Of a stretch of 52,148 nucleotides of DNA, positions 37,284-45,527 are shown piece by piece. The translations under genes were made by a program, and so were the position numbers. Position 1 is the stretch's first letter; each line of letters starts with the position of its first letter. The DNA lies in the IMG/VR virus record IMGVR_UViG_3300049189_000069, positions 1 through 52,148 of that record; one strand, written 5' to 3'. The stretch is from a virus (taxonomy: Duplodnaviria; Caudoviricetes). The notes beneath the pieces were generated by a model, which did not search any database, was not told where the DNA came from, and was given only the letters and a program-made list of their open reading frames with translations.

Positions 37284-37358
37284 TCCGAGGTAGCTCAGCG
37301 GTAGAGCAGGGGACTGTTAATCCCCTGGTCGGTGGTTCGATCCCACCCCTCGGAGCCA
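37284..37358 (+). tRNA. tRNA-Asn (GTT)
   Basis: Cloverleaf: TCCGAGG/CCTCGGA, anticodon loop CTGTTAA, TTCGATC T-loop, encoded CCA. Confidence 0.95.
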
Positions 37359-37360
37359 AA

Positions 37361-37435
37361 GGCCCTGTCGACCAGCGGTTAGGTCACCACCCTTTCACGG
37401 TGGTAACGCGGGTTCGAATCCCGCCAGGGCTACCA
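37361..37435 (+). tRNA. tRNA-Glu (TTC)
   Basis: Cloverleaf: GGCCCTG/CAGGGCT, anticodon loop CTTTCAC, TTCGAAT T-loop, encoded CCA. Confidence 0.95.
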
Positions 37436-37503
37436 GTTTGAGGGGACGTCGTTGTGGATGACGGGCAAGTTAGGCAGAGGGTCGATTACTGGACGCCAGC
37501 ATC

Positions 37504-37806
37504 ATGCGCAAACGAGAGCTCGAGGCTTCGAATGGTTGGGCATCTGGCACTGCCTCATCAGACGCTGCTGCGGTTGATCTCGATGGAGAACGCAGCGGCG
37601 TTGCAGATGCTGAGTCAGAGCGGACTGCAGGGCAACAGGAGCCGCAGGACGCCCAAGACCCCGACCTCCTGATCTGGCTGCTGCAAGACAAGGTGCAGCG
37701 CCTGCAGCAGCAGATCGCCGAGCTTCTCGCCCACGTGATCGAGCTCGACTACCGCCTGGTTCTGCCCATGAAAGTTCAGAAACTCCAACAGCAAGGATGC
37801 GTATGA
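37504..37806 (+). CDS. Hypothetical protein with C-terminal coiled coil
   Basis: Heptad pattern LQDKVQRLQQQIAEL; stop coupled to ATG 37803. Confidence 0.5.
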   Translation: MRKRELEASNGWASGTASSDAAAVDLDGERSGVADAESERTAGQQEPQDAQDPDLLIWLLQDKVQRLQQQIAELLAHVIELDYRLVLPMKVQKLQQQGCV

Positions 37807-38521
37807 CGACTGCGATGCAGTTCAAGACCGCCCGGTGCGCCGTTACTGGGTCGACACGATGGCGCGCTCGATGCGTCAGGGCGACTTCCCGCTGACCCAC
37901 CAGCCCGTGGCGCTGGGTCCCAGCGGGCAGCTGCTGGACGGACAACACCGGCTCATGGCGGTGGTGAAGTCGGGCGCCACGGTGGAGCTGCCGGTCGCGT
38001 TCAACGTCGCCCCCGAGACCTTCGCCTACATCGACGGCGGCATCCGTCGCTCCAAGGCGGACGCGATGCGGGTGCCGCGCAAGATCCAGGAAGTCACCAA
38101 CATGCTGGGCGAGATCCTGTTCGATCGCCCCACCAACGCCGAGCTGCAGCGCATCCACGACATCGTCGGCGACACCACGCAGGCGCTGGTCGAGCACTGC
38201 TCGGGCAACTGCAAGTTCTTCAGCAGCGCCTCCATCAAGACCGCCGCGGTGACGCGCATCTTCGCCGGCGACCGCAAGAGCTACGTGCTGCCGCTGTACC
38301 GCAACCTGGTCATGGCAGACCTGGACGCGCTGCCGCCCATCGGCAAGGCGATGGTCAAGCAGCAGCTGCGCGGCACGCTCGCGGGCACCAACCGCAGCGA
38401 ATCGCTGCACCGGGGCCTGACCGTCTTCAACGAGAAGAACGCGGCGCTGACGCGCGTGCAGGTGGTCGACGCCGCCCTCGCGTACGACAGCGTGCGCCAC
38501 GTGTTCAAGAAGATCATCTGA
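37803..38521 (+). pseudogene. ParB/Srx-like (DGQHR) domain gene with an apparent frameshift near the 5' end
   Basis: SD AAGGA and ATGA-coupled ATG 37803 read only 30 codons; the LLDGQHRL domain is in another frame that opens only at GTG 37835 without an SD. Confidence 0.5.
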
Positions 38522-38543
38522 TCGTCAAAGTTCAAGGAGCACC

Positions 38544-39728
38544 ATGAGCGCATTCGAGTGCCCGGTCGTCCGGGTGAACATCGAGCCGCATCCGAACGCG
38601 GATGCGATCGAGCTCGCCGTCGTCGGCGGCTACATCTCCATCGTCAAGAAGGGTCAGTTCAAGAACGGCGATCTCGCCGTCTACATCCCCGAGCAGGCGG
38701 TGCTGCCCGAGTGGCTGCTGAAGTCGCTGGGCTTCTGGGACGACATGAACGGCAAGGGCAAGCTCTCGGGCGGCGCCGGCAACCGGGTGCGCGCAATCAA
38801 GCTGCGCGGCGTGCTGTCGCAGGGCATCCTGCTCGACGGTGACAACTACGAGGGCGACTGGGTGCTTGGCGGCGCACCCACCGAGATCGGCGTTCCGCTG
38901 CGCGACTTCAACGAGGGCGACGACGCCGCCGAGTTCCTGGGCATCACCAAGTTCGAACCCAAGGTGCCCGCGCAGATGGCGGGCAAGGTCGCCGGCGGCG
39001 ATCTGGATGCGACGATCGGCTTCGACTTCGAGAACCTGAAGAAGTGCCCGAGCCTGTTCGAAGACGGCATGGAAGTCGTCATCACCGAGAAGATCCACGG
39101 CACGCTGCTGCAGGTCGGCATCGTCCCGCGGCGCATCTGGGAGGGCAAGTCCTGGGCGGACAAGTGCCCGGACGTGGGCGACGACTTCAAGGGCATCGTC
39201 ACCAGCAAGGGCCAGGGCGCGAAGGGCCTGATGCTGGACCCCTCGGACACGACCAACCTCTACGTCAAGGCGGCGATCGAGGCGGGGATGTGGGAGAAGC
39301 TGCAGGCGATGCGCACCGAGGTGCTGGGCCACCCCGACGACATGCCGCTGTTCATCTTCGGCGAGATCTTCGGCATCGGCGTCCAGGACCTGGGCTACGG
39401 GCAGGAGAAGCCGGGGTTCCGTGCGTTCGACATCTACGCCGGCACGCGCAGCAACGGCTTCTACCTGACCCATGACCTGCTGGTGCAGTGCCTGGGTCGC
39501 GGTGACCTGCCCATGGTGCCGCAGCTGTATCGCGGACCCTTCAGCGCCGGCGTGGTGAAGCTGCACACGGACGGCAACACGATCATCAACGGCGTCAAGC
39601 AGATCCGCGAGGGCGTCGTCGTGAAGGCAGCGCACGACACCAACCACCCGCGCTACGGGCGCCGGATCGCGAAGAGCGTGTCCGAAGCCTACCTGCTGCG
39701 CAAGGGCGAGGTGACGGAGTACCAGTAG
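38544..39728 (+). CDS. ATP-dependent RNA ligase, DRB0094-like family
   Basis: N-terminal PHPNADAIELA..KKGQF..GDLAVY..LRGVLSQG; TEKIHGT, FGEIFG, FRAFD, REGVVVK, KSVS..YL. Confidence 0.9.
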   Translation: MSAFECPVVRVNIEPHPNADAIELAVVGGYISIVKKGQFKNGDLAVYIPEQAVLPEWLLKSLGFWDDMNGKGKLSGGAGNRVRAIKLRGVLSQGILLDGDNYEGDWVLGGAPTEIGVPLRDFNEGDDAAEFLGITKFEPKVPAQMAGKVAGGDLDATIGFDFENLKKCPSLFEDGMEVVITEKIHGTLLQVGIVPRRIWEGKSWADKCPDVGDDFKGIVTSKGQGAKGLMLDPSDTTNLYVKAAIEAGMWEKLQAMRTEVLGHPDDMPLFIFGEIFGIGVQDLGYGQEKPGFRAFDIYAGTRSNGFYLTHDLLVQCLGRGDLPMVPQLYRGPFSAGVVKLHTDGNTIINGVKQIREGVVVKAAHDTNHPRYGRRIAKSVSEAYLLRKGEVTEYQ

Positions 39729-39737
39729 CCGATCAAC

Positions 39738-39896
39738 GGGTCAGTCGAACGTGAAAGCAGTAGTGACACCGAAAGCTGGCTGAACTTTCGGTGGAGTGAA
39801 CCAACTAGCGTGTCGAGGCTAGCCAACGGAACGAGTGCACACGGCGGAACGCCGCTCTCCTCGGTCTGATGCCGCGGGGTCGAAGCCGCCTGACTC
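39738..39896 (+). ncRNA. Putative structured RNA with a tRNA-like (acceptor plus T-arm) domain
   Basis: GGGUCAG/CUGACUC; GCAGUAG/CUGAUGC; CACCGAAAG/CUUUCGGUG; CUAGC/GCUAG; CGGCG/CGCCG; GCGG/CCGC with a GGUCGAAG loop. Confidence 0.6.
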
Positions 39897-39920
39897 TCCC
39901 TTTTCAACGTGAGGAACCAA

Positions 39921-40412
39921 ATGGAAATCAAGCTGGGACAGACCGTCGAAGACGCCGTGTCGGGCTTTCGTGGCATCGCGCACCAGATGCGTCAGACGCT
40001 CAACGGCAACGTGCAGTTCGCCGTGCAGCCCAAGGTGAAGGAGGGCGAAGTCGCGCTGCCCGACTCGGTCTACTTCGACCGCCACATGCTCAACGTGATC
40101 GACGACGGCGTGTCCGGTCGAGTCACCGCGACGACGCACGTGGACATCCCGCTGGGCACCAGGGTGCGTGATGTCGCGACGGGCCTGGAGGGCATTGCCA
40201 CCGCGCGGCACACCTTCATCAACGGCTGCGTCTTCTATGACGTCATGCCGAAGAAGAAGACCGAGATGTTCGACGCCAACCCCGATGCCCAGTTCATCGA
40301 CAGCGTGCGCCTTGAGATCGTCAGGTCGCAGCCCAAGGTGCCGCTGCAGATTCCGCAGACCCGCACCGGCGGACCCAGCGGCAAGGTCAAGCGCGAGGCG
40401 GTGCGGCGGTGA
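39921..40412 (+). CDS. Hypothetical protein with a tandem duplicated small domain
   Basis: IKLGQTVEDAVSGFRGIA..LNG repeated as IPLGTRVRDVATGLEGIA..ING; GAGG SD. Confidence 0.75.
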   Translation: MEIKLGQTVEDAVSGFRGIAHQMRQTLNGNVQFAVQPKVKEGEVALPDSVYFDRHMLNVIDDGVSGRVTATTHVDIPLGTRVRDVATGLEGIATARHTFINGCVFYDVMPKKKTEMFDANPDAQFIDSVRLEIVRSQPKVPLQIPQTRTGGPSGKVKREAVRR

Positions 40413-40603
40413 AGTTCGTCCTCCTGTTCGTCGCCGTCCTGCTGGTCGCGTTCGTGTTCCTTCGCGGCTTCACGAAGCAGGAACGTCGGCTCGTGCTGCA
40501 CGGACTCCGCCAAGCGCTGGTGCCCACACTCATTGCTGTCGCTGCGGTGGTCGCAGCGCTGGTGATCGGTTTTTCTGACAACGGGCAGATAAGTAATCGG
40601 TGA
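40409..40603 (+). CDS. Small two-TM membrane protein
   Basis: Two hydrophobic segments; GTGA coupling. Confidence 0.6.
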   Translation: MKFVLLFVAVLLVAFVFLRGFTKQERRLVLHGLRQALVPTLIAVAAVVAALVIGFSDNGQISNR

Positions 40604-40610
40604 CTATACT
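40590..40610 (+). promoter_or_regulatory. Operator copy fused to TATACT
   Basis: TAAGTAATCGGTGACTATACT. Confidence 0.75.
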
Positions 40611-40648
40611 GCCCGTGTCATCTCCTCAACCCTGAACCCCTAGGAATC

Positions 40649-40960
40649 ATGATCAGCATCAAGCAAGTCGCGTCCTACACCACGTCGGACGGCACCTCTC
40701 ACACCACCCGCGAAGCCGCGGTCAAGCACGAGATCTACCTGCAGCGCGTGAAGAACCTGACCACGGTGCCGCTGGGTGACAAGAACGGTCTCTCGTTCGT
40801 GAACGAAGACGCCGGCAGCGACCAGCGTGTCTTGCTCATCACCGACATCCCCCAGTTCATCGCCGAGAACGCCGACGCAATCCTGGCCGCTCTGACCATC
40901 AAGCAGAACCGCGGTCGCGCCGCGAAGCCGGCGGCGCCGGCACCCGCTGCAGCCGCCTGA
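40649..40960 (+). CDS. Hypothetical protein
   Basis: AGGA SD; Y.TSDG...TREAA..HE; own promoter and terminator. Confidence 0.75.
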   Translation: MISIKQVASYTTSDGTSHTTREAAVKHEIYLQRVKNLTTVPLGDKNGLSFVNEDAGSDQRVLLITDIPQFIAENADAILAALTIKQNRGRAAKPAAPAPAAAA

Positions 40961-40978
40961 TCGGCACTGCATTCGTCG

Positions 40979-41006
40979 AGGGCCCGCTCACGAGGCGGGC
41001 CCTTTG
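40979..41006 (+). terminator. Putative terminator hairpin
   Basis: AGGGCCCGC/GCGGGCCCT with a short T tail. Confidence 0.55.
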
Positions 41007-41026
41007 GAATGCAACACGGGGGGTTC

Positions 41027-41326
41027 ATGAGCATCTACGTTTGGACGTTGCTGCTGATCGTTCAGAACGCGGCGTTCACCTGGGTGTCCCGGGCTCGCAA
41101 CTCTGGGTCGATCCATTACCACGCGATCGCGTCGGTCTTCAGCAACGGCATCTTCTTCGCCACCAACCTGATGTTGATCAGGTTCGTCACGATGGACGGC
41201 AAGTCGGTCGCGCAGCTGGTGGTTCTGGGTGGGATCTACGTCTGCGCCACCGTCTTGGGCGCCATCACGATGCACTACGTCTCGATGCGCTGGCTCGAGA
41301 AGGGTAAGCGCAAGGTCGGCGCATGA
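41027..41326 (+). CDS. Small multi-TM membrane protein
   Basis: Three hydrophobic segments. Confidence 0.65.
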   Translation: MSIYVWTLLLIVQNAAFTWVSRARNSGSIHYHAIASVFSNGIFFATNLMLIRFVTMDGKSVAQLVVLGGIYVCATVLGAITMHYVSMRWLEKGKRKVGA

Positions 41327-41541
41327 GTCACAAGCGTTGGGTCGTCCGGCCCGCTGAGATCGACGGACAGGTGGTCGATGTGCTGGTGGTCGCTTCTGCC
41401 ACACGGCACCCGACGACAGGCAAGCGAGTTAGGTCACACGTGACCATCTCGCCGGAGGCCAAAGACAACCGTCAGTACCTTGCGATTTTGATCCGCGAAT
41501 GCCGCAAAGGTATCGCGCACTTTTGGAGGAACAACCTGTGA
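41323..41541 (+). CDS. Hypothetical protein
   Basis: Coupled at both ends. Confidence 0.55.
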   Translation: MSHKRWVVRPAEIDGQVVDVLVVASATRHPTTGKRVRSHVTISPEAKDNRQYLAILIRECRKGIAHFWRNNL

Positions 41542-42377
41542 CAGCGACCGCCAAGGTCATCGAGGACAGCATCAACCCTTCAGGGCCTGGTGTGCGCCTG
41601 GTCACGATGCAGCTGCGCTATCCGCGCTTCGTGCATGCGGAGTTCATGACGCACCGTGTGTTCTCCCGCAACGCCAGCTCGAGCCGTGCGATCCCGGTCG
41701 CGAAGATGATCGAGCAGGTGCAGAACGAACCCGCGATGCCTGTGCACTGGGGCAAGAACCAGCCGGGCATGCAGGCGCGCGAAGAGGTCGGCAACCTCGA
41801 TGAGGCGAGACTGCAGTGGCGACTCGCCGCGCGCCAGGCTGCGGACACTGCCGAGCGGATGATGGAGCTGGGCCTGCACAAGCAGGTCGCCAACCGGATC
41901 CTCGAGCCGTTCCAGTTCATCAGCGTCGTCGTGACGGCAACGGAGTGGTCGAACTTCTTCGAGCTGCGCGATCACGAGGACGCCGACCCGAACATCCAGA
42001 TGCTGGCCCGGGTGATGAAGGACGCGATGGATGCGTCCAAGCCGGTCAAGCGCTACGCCTACGACTTCGACGCCATCGACTCGTGGCATCTGCCCTACGT
42101 CACCGCGGAAGAACGGCAGCTGTACCAGCTGTCGGTGCTGATCAAGCTCAGCGTCGCCCGCTGCGCGCGGGTGTCCTACCTGACCCACGACGGCGCAGTG
42201 CCCGACATCGCGAAGGACCTGGAGCTCTACGAGCGCCTGGTCGGCGCCCATCCGATCCACGCATCGCCCACCGAGCACCAAGCGAGGGCGATGAGGAGCT
42301 ACGACGCCTTCTACAAGAACTTCCGCGGCTGGCGTCAACACCGGGTGGACGTCGAGGCGCGCATCGCCAGCAAGTGA
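41538..42377 (+). CDS. thyX: FAD-dependent thymidylate synthase
   Basis: EFMTHRVFSRNASSSRA, HKQVANRILEP, NFFELR, HASP.EHQA. Confidence 0.9.
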   Translation: MTATAKVIEDSINPSGPGVRLVTMQLRYPRFVHAEFMTHRVFSRNASSSRAIPVAKMIEQVQNEPAMPVHWGKNQPGMQAREEVGNLDEARLQWRLAARQAADTAERMMELGLHKQVANRILEPFQFISVVVTATEWSNFFELRDHEDADPNIQMLARVMKDAMDASKPVKRYAYDFDAIDSWHLPYVTAEERQLYQLSVLIKLSVARCARVSYLTHDGAVPDIAKDLELYERLVGAHPIHASPTEHQARAMRSYDAFYKNFRGWRQHRVDVEARIASK

Positions 42378-42410
42378 CCCGGATCATCACCACAACCCAA
42401 CGAGAGAACC

Positions 42411-42644
42411 ATGTTGCAGAGACTCATCGATTTCTTCTTCGGCCCCAAGAGCGTCGACGCGGTGCTCGTCGCCTTCAATCGGGCACGCGAACAGCTGGAG
42501 CAGGTGCGTGCCGCCCAGCTCGACGAAGCCGGCAGGCAGCGTCAGGCGATCGCGGACGCCCAGAAGGCCCACGACGAAGCGACCAAGGAAGCCGATCGGG
42601 CTGCGAAGGTCGCCGAGCGCCTGAGTGCACTGGTGGACGCGTGA
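42411..42644 (+). CDS. Small helical hypothetical protein
   Basis: GAGAG SD, coiled-coil pattern. Confidence 0.7.
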   Translation: MLQRLIDFFFGPKSVDAVLVAFNRAREQLEQVRAAQLDEAGRQRQAIADAQKAHDEATKEADRAAKVAERLSALVDA

Positions 42645-43084
42645 TGCAGCTGAAGGTCAAGAAGCTGTATCCCGACGTCGAGCTGCCGTCGTACGCGACG
42701 GCCGGCGCCGCGTGCTTCGATCTCAAGGCTCATCTCTCCACGTGGAGCAGCTGGGTCCTGAGCCCGGGTGAGCGTCACTCCTTCGAGACGGGGCTTGCCT
42801 ACGAGGTGCCGCCCGGTCACGTCATGCTCGTCTTCGCGCGCAGCGGACTGGGTGTCAAGCACGGCATCCGACCGCCCCACTGCGTCGGCGTGATCGACAG
42901 CGACTACCGCGGCCCGCTGCTGGTGCCCCTGGTCAACGAGGGCGCAGAGCCGTTCTTGATCGAGCACGGCGACCGCATCGCCCAAGCCATGATCGTCCCG
43001 GTGCCGTCGATCGAGATCGTACAGGTCGACGAACTGAGCAGCACGGCGCGCGGCGAGGGCGGCTTCGGGAGCACCGGCAAATGA
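42644..43084 (+). CDS. dut: dUTPase (trimeric type)
   Basis: AACFDL, RSG, GVIDSDYRG, GDRIAQ, RGEGGFGSTG. Confidence 0.95.
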   Translation: MQLKVKKLYPDVELPSYATAGAACFDLKAHLSTWSSWVLSPGERHSFETGLAYEVPPGHVMLVFARSGLGVKHGIRPPHCVGVIDSDYRGPLLVPLVNEGAEPFLIEHGDRIAQAMIVPVPSIEIVQVDELSSTARGEGGFGSTGK

Positions 43085-43317
43085 GCCCGCTGTTCACGCC
43101 GGAGGGCGTCGAGGTCAAGGTGGGTCAGGTCTGGAAGGACCTGGACAAGCGCATGAGTCGGCACCTGCTGGTGCGGGCGTTCGACGGCGACACCCACGTG
43201 CTGGTCTCGGTCTGCTCTGCAGCAGGCGAACGGTTCACCGCCAGGGTCACGCGCGTCGCTATCAAGCGCATGCGCAAGAACAGCACCGGCTACGAGCTCG
43301 TGAAGGACGTCGCATGA
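43081..43317 (+). CDS. Hypothetical protein
   Basis: VKVGQVW.D.DKR; coupled. Confidence 0.65.
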   Translation: MSPLFTPEGVEVKVGQVWKDLDKRMSRHLLVRAFDGDTHVLVSVCSAAGERFTARVTRVAIKRMRKNSTGYELVKDVA

Positions 43318-43874
43318 ACAACATGGCCCGCAAGGGAGACTGGATCCAGACCAACAGCGGCATCGCCTACTGGCCGCTCGACCCCCGGGTCGAAGACGTG
43401 GACATCGAAGACATCGCCCATGCGTTGTCGCACCAGTGTCGCTATGCGGGCCACTGCAAGCAGTTCTACTCGGTCGCCGAGCACTCGGTGCTGGTGTCCT
43501 ACGTGGTGCCGCCCGAGTTCGCCCTGGAGGGACTGCTGCACGACGCCACCGAGGCGTACGTGGTGGACGCTCCGCGTCCGCTCAAGCGCCACCTCGCGGG
43601 CTACGCCGAGATCGAGGAGGTCAACTGGAAGGTGATCGCGCAGCGCTTCGGGCTGCTCGAGAAGCTGCCGCCCGAGGTCAAGGTCGCAGACGATCGCGTG
43701 CTGCTCGCCGAGAAGCGAGTGCTGCTGGACGAGCCGCCCATTCCTTGGACCTGGGCCCAGGGACTGACGCCGGCGGACGTGTCCGTGTGGGCACTCCGTC
43801 CCAGCGTCGCGAGGCGCGCGTTCCTGCAGCGCTTTGAAGAGCTGATGTCGGAAAGGCAGATCGCGCTCCGCTGA
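43314..43874 (+). CDS. HD-domain phosphohydrolase (YfbR/5'-deoxynucleotidase-like)
   Basis: DIAHALS..CRYAGH...YSVAEHS, LLHDATEAY, VK.AD. Confidence 0.88.
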   Translation: MNNMARKGDWIQTNSGIAYWPLDPRVEDVDIEDIAHALSHQCRYAGHCKQFYSVAEHSVLVSYVVPPEFALEGLLHDATEAYVVDAPRPLKRHLAGYAEIEEVNWKVIAQRFGLLEKLPPEVKVADDRVLLAEKRVLLDEPPIPWTWAQGLTPADVSVWALRPSVARRAFLQRFEELMSERQIALR

Positions 43875-43900
43875 GAGCTGAACAACCGAACGAGGATTGA

Positions 43901-44665
43901 ATGGCAAAGTTGGAAATGATGGGCTTCACGCCCATGTTGCGCGACCCCCGCGGGTTTGGCTATCGCGTGCGTGTGACCTACGCGCAGACGATCGGCTACG
44001 TCTTTGGTGCCCCGAACAGGGACGCGTACATCAAGATCGAGCACTACACGTCAAGAGACGGAAGTGCCATCTACAAGGCGTACGCGTACGACAACGGGCA
44101 GTACGATCGCTGGACGGCGAACGTGTTCCTCCACAAGGATGGAAGGTTCAACTGCTTCGCGACCGGCGCCAGTCCTCTGGACCTGCTGGTACATGCCGGT
44201 ATACCCATCAAGCAGGCGGAGAATCTCGTCGCCGCATGGGTCGCAAGTGGACCGATCAAGCCGACCGGCACGAGCTCATTCCTCTACGAAACGGAGAAGC
44301 TGCAGTTCGTGCCCAGCGCAACGCCGCCGGCGAAGGAACAGAAACCCGACGCGGGCGACGCGCCCGTTCTCGCCCGTATAAGGGCAGCGCTGGAGGAATA
44401 CCACCTGGCGCTGGACCGGCGCGAGCACGGCAGCGTCGCTGCGCACACGCTGATCAACAAGCTGCAGAACGAGCTGAACATGCCGTGGGTGCAGGGTGCA
44501 GCACTCAAGCGTGCGCAGCCTGTGCACGCGCAACCCGCGGTGAATCTCGTTCACGTCTACGCCCCGCCGACCGGCATCGCGGCGACGGGGATCTGGTGGC
44601 GCCCTCCGACCCCCGACGAGAGAAGGGAACAGCTGATGAAGTTGGCCCGGAGTCACCTGCGGTGA
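43901..44665 (+). CDS. Hypothetical protein
   Basis: GAGG SD; 254 aa; contains YHLALDRREHG. Confidence 0.65.
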   Translation: MAKLEMMGFTPMLRDPRGFGYRVRVTYAQTIGYVFGAPNRDAYIKIEHYTSRDGSAIYKAYAYDNGQYDRWTANVFLHKDGRFNCFATGASPLDLLVHAGIPIKQAENLVAAWVASGPIKPTGTSSFLYETEKLQFVPSATPPAKEQKPDAGDAPVLARIRAALEEYHLALDRREHGSVAAHTLINKLQNELNMPWVQGAALKRAQPVHAQPAVNLVHVYAPPTGIAATGIWWRPPTPDERREQLMKLARSHLR

Positions 44666-45189
44666 GCCTCGCGTTCGACGCCATGGTGTTTGCGCGCGAT
44701 GTCCACAAGGGACAGGTGCGCAAGTACACCGCCAACCCCTACGTCGACCACCTGGCGGAGGTCGCCGGCATCGTCGCGACGGTCCCCGACTCAGCACATG
44801 AGCGGTATCCGCATGACCGGATCGCTGTCGCGTGGCTGCACGACTGCGTCGAGGACCAGGGTGTCACGCACGACGAGCTGCGTCAACGCTTCGGGCCAGC
44901 CGTCGCGGACGGCGTGCTGCTTCTGTCCGACCTGGAGCGGGGCAACCGTGCAGAGCGCAAAGCGGCGTCTCGAGCGCGACTCGCTGCGGCGCCGGGCTGG
45001 GTGCAGACCATCAAGGTCGCGGACCTGATCTCCAACACGTCCAGCATCGTCAAGCACGACCCGAACTTCGCGGTGCAGTACCTGATCGAGAAGACCTGGA
45101 TGCTGGATGTGTTGACGAAGGCGGACGTGTGCCTGGTCAACATCGCCCGCGACCAGGTCTACAAGGCGCAGAAGGCACTGGTGCAATGA
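44662..45189 (+). CDS. RelA/SpoT hydrolase-like HD protein (small alarmone hydrolase)
   Basis: A..VH.GQ.RK...PY..HL.EVA, AWLHDCVED, IKVADLISN. Confidence 0.82.
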   Translation: MSLAFDAMVFARDVHKGQVRKYTANPYVDHLAEVAGIVATVPDSAHERYPHDRIAVAWLHDCVEDQGVTHDELRQRFGPAVADGVLLLSDLERGNRAERKAASRARLAAAPGWVQTIKVADLISNTSSIVKHDPNFAVQYLIEKTWMLDVLTKADVCLVNIARDQVYKAQKALVQ

Positions 45190-45527
45190 CCGTCTACGTC
45201 GATGACATGCGCGCACCGTTCGGGCGGATGGTCATGTGTCACATGATCGCCGACACCGACGAGGAGCTGCATGCGATGGCTGCCAGCATCGGTGTTTCAC
45301 GAATGTGGCACCAGAAGCCCGGCACGCCCAAGAGCCACTACGACATTTCCCTGTCGAAGCGTGCGCTTGCGGTCGTCGCCGGCGCGATCGAGATCACCTG
45401 GAAGCAGACGTCGGCGATGGTCAGGCGACGTGCCGTCACGGGACAGCTGGGTGATCCCAGTGATGCATGGGAGTGGCTTCGACAGCACAACGAACAACTG
45501 AAACGGCAGAAGGAAGCACAGCAGTGA
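45186..45527 (+). CDS. DUF4031-like protein
   Basis: MTVYVDD..CHMIADT.EELHAMA..IG...W.Q..HYDI...KR..A...GA. Confidence 0.8.
   Translation: MTVYVDDMRAPFGRMVMCHMIADTDEELHAMAASIGVSRMWHQKPGTPKSHYDISLSKRALAVVAGAIEITWKQTSAMVRRRAVTGQLGDPSDAWEWLRQHNEQLKRQKEAQQ

Noticed and set aside
37436-37503. Third tRNA or theta (HDV-like) ribozyme after tRNA-Glu
   Set aside because: I could not build a cloverleaf or nested double pseudoknot by eye; a covariance-model search would be needed to exclude it fully.
39738-39900. Canonical tmRNA (ssrA)
   Set aside because: Too short, no G3:U pair, no CCA and no evident tag reading frame; kept only as a tRNA-like RNA candidate.
41816-45527. Long ORF-track calls 41816-43084, 43897-45189 and 44832-45527 as fusion proteins
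   Set aside because: The N-terminal extensions are off-frame overlaps of upstream genes; true starts are the coupled codons at 42644, 44662 and 45186.
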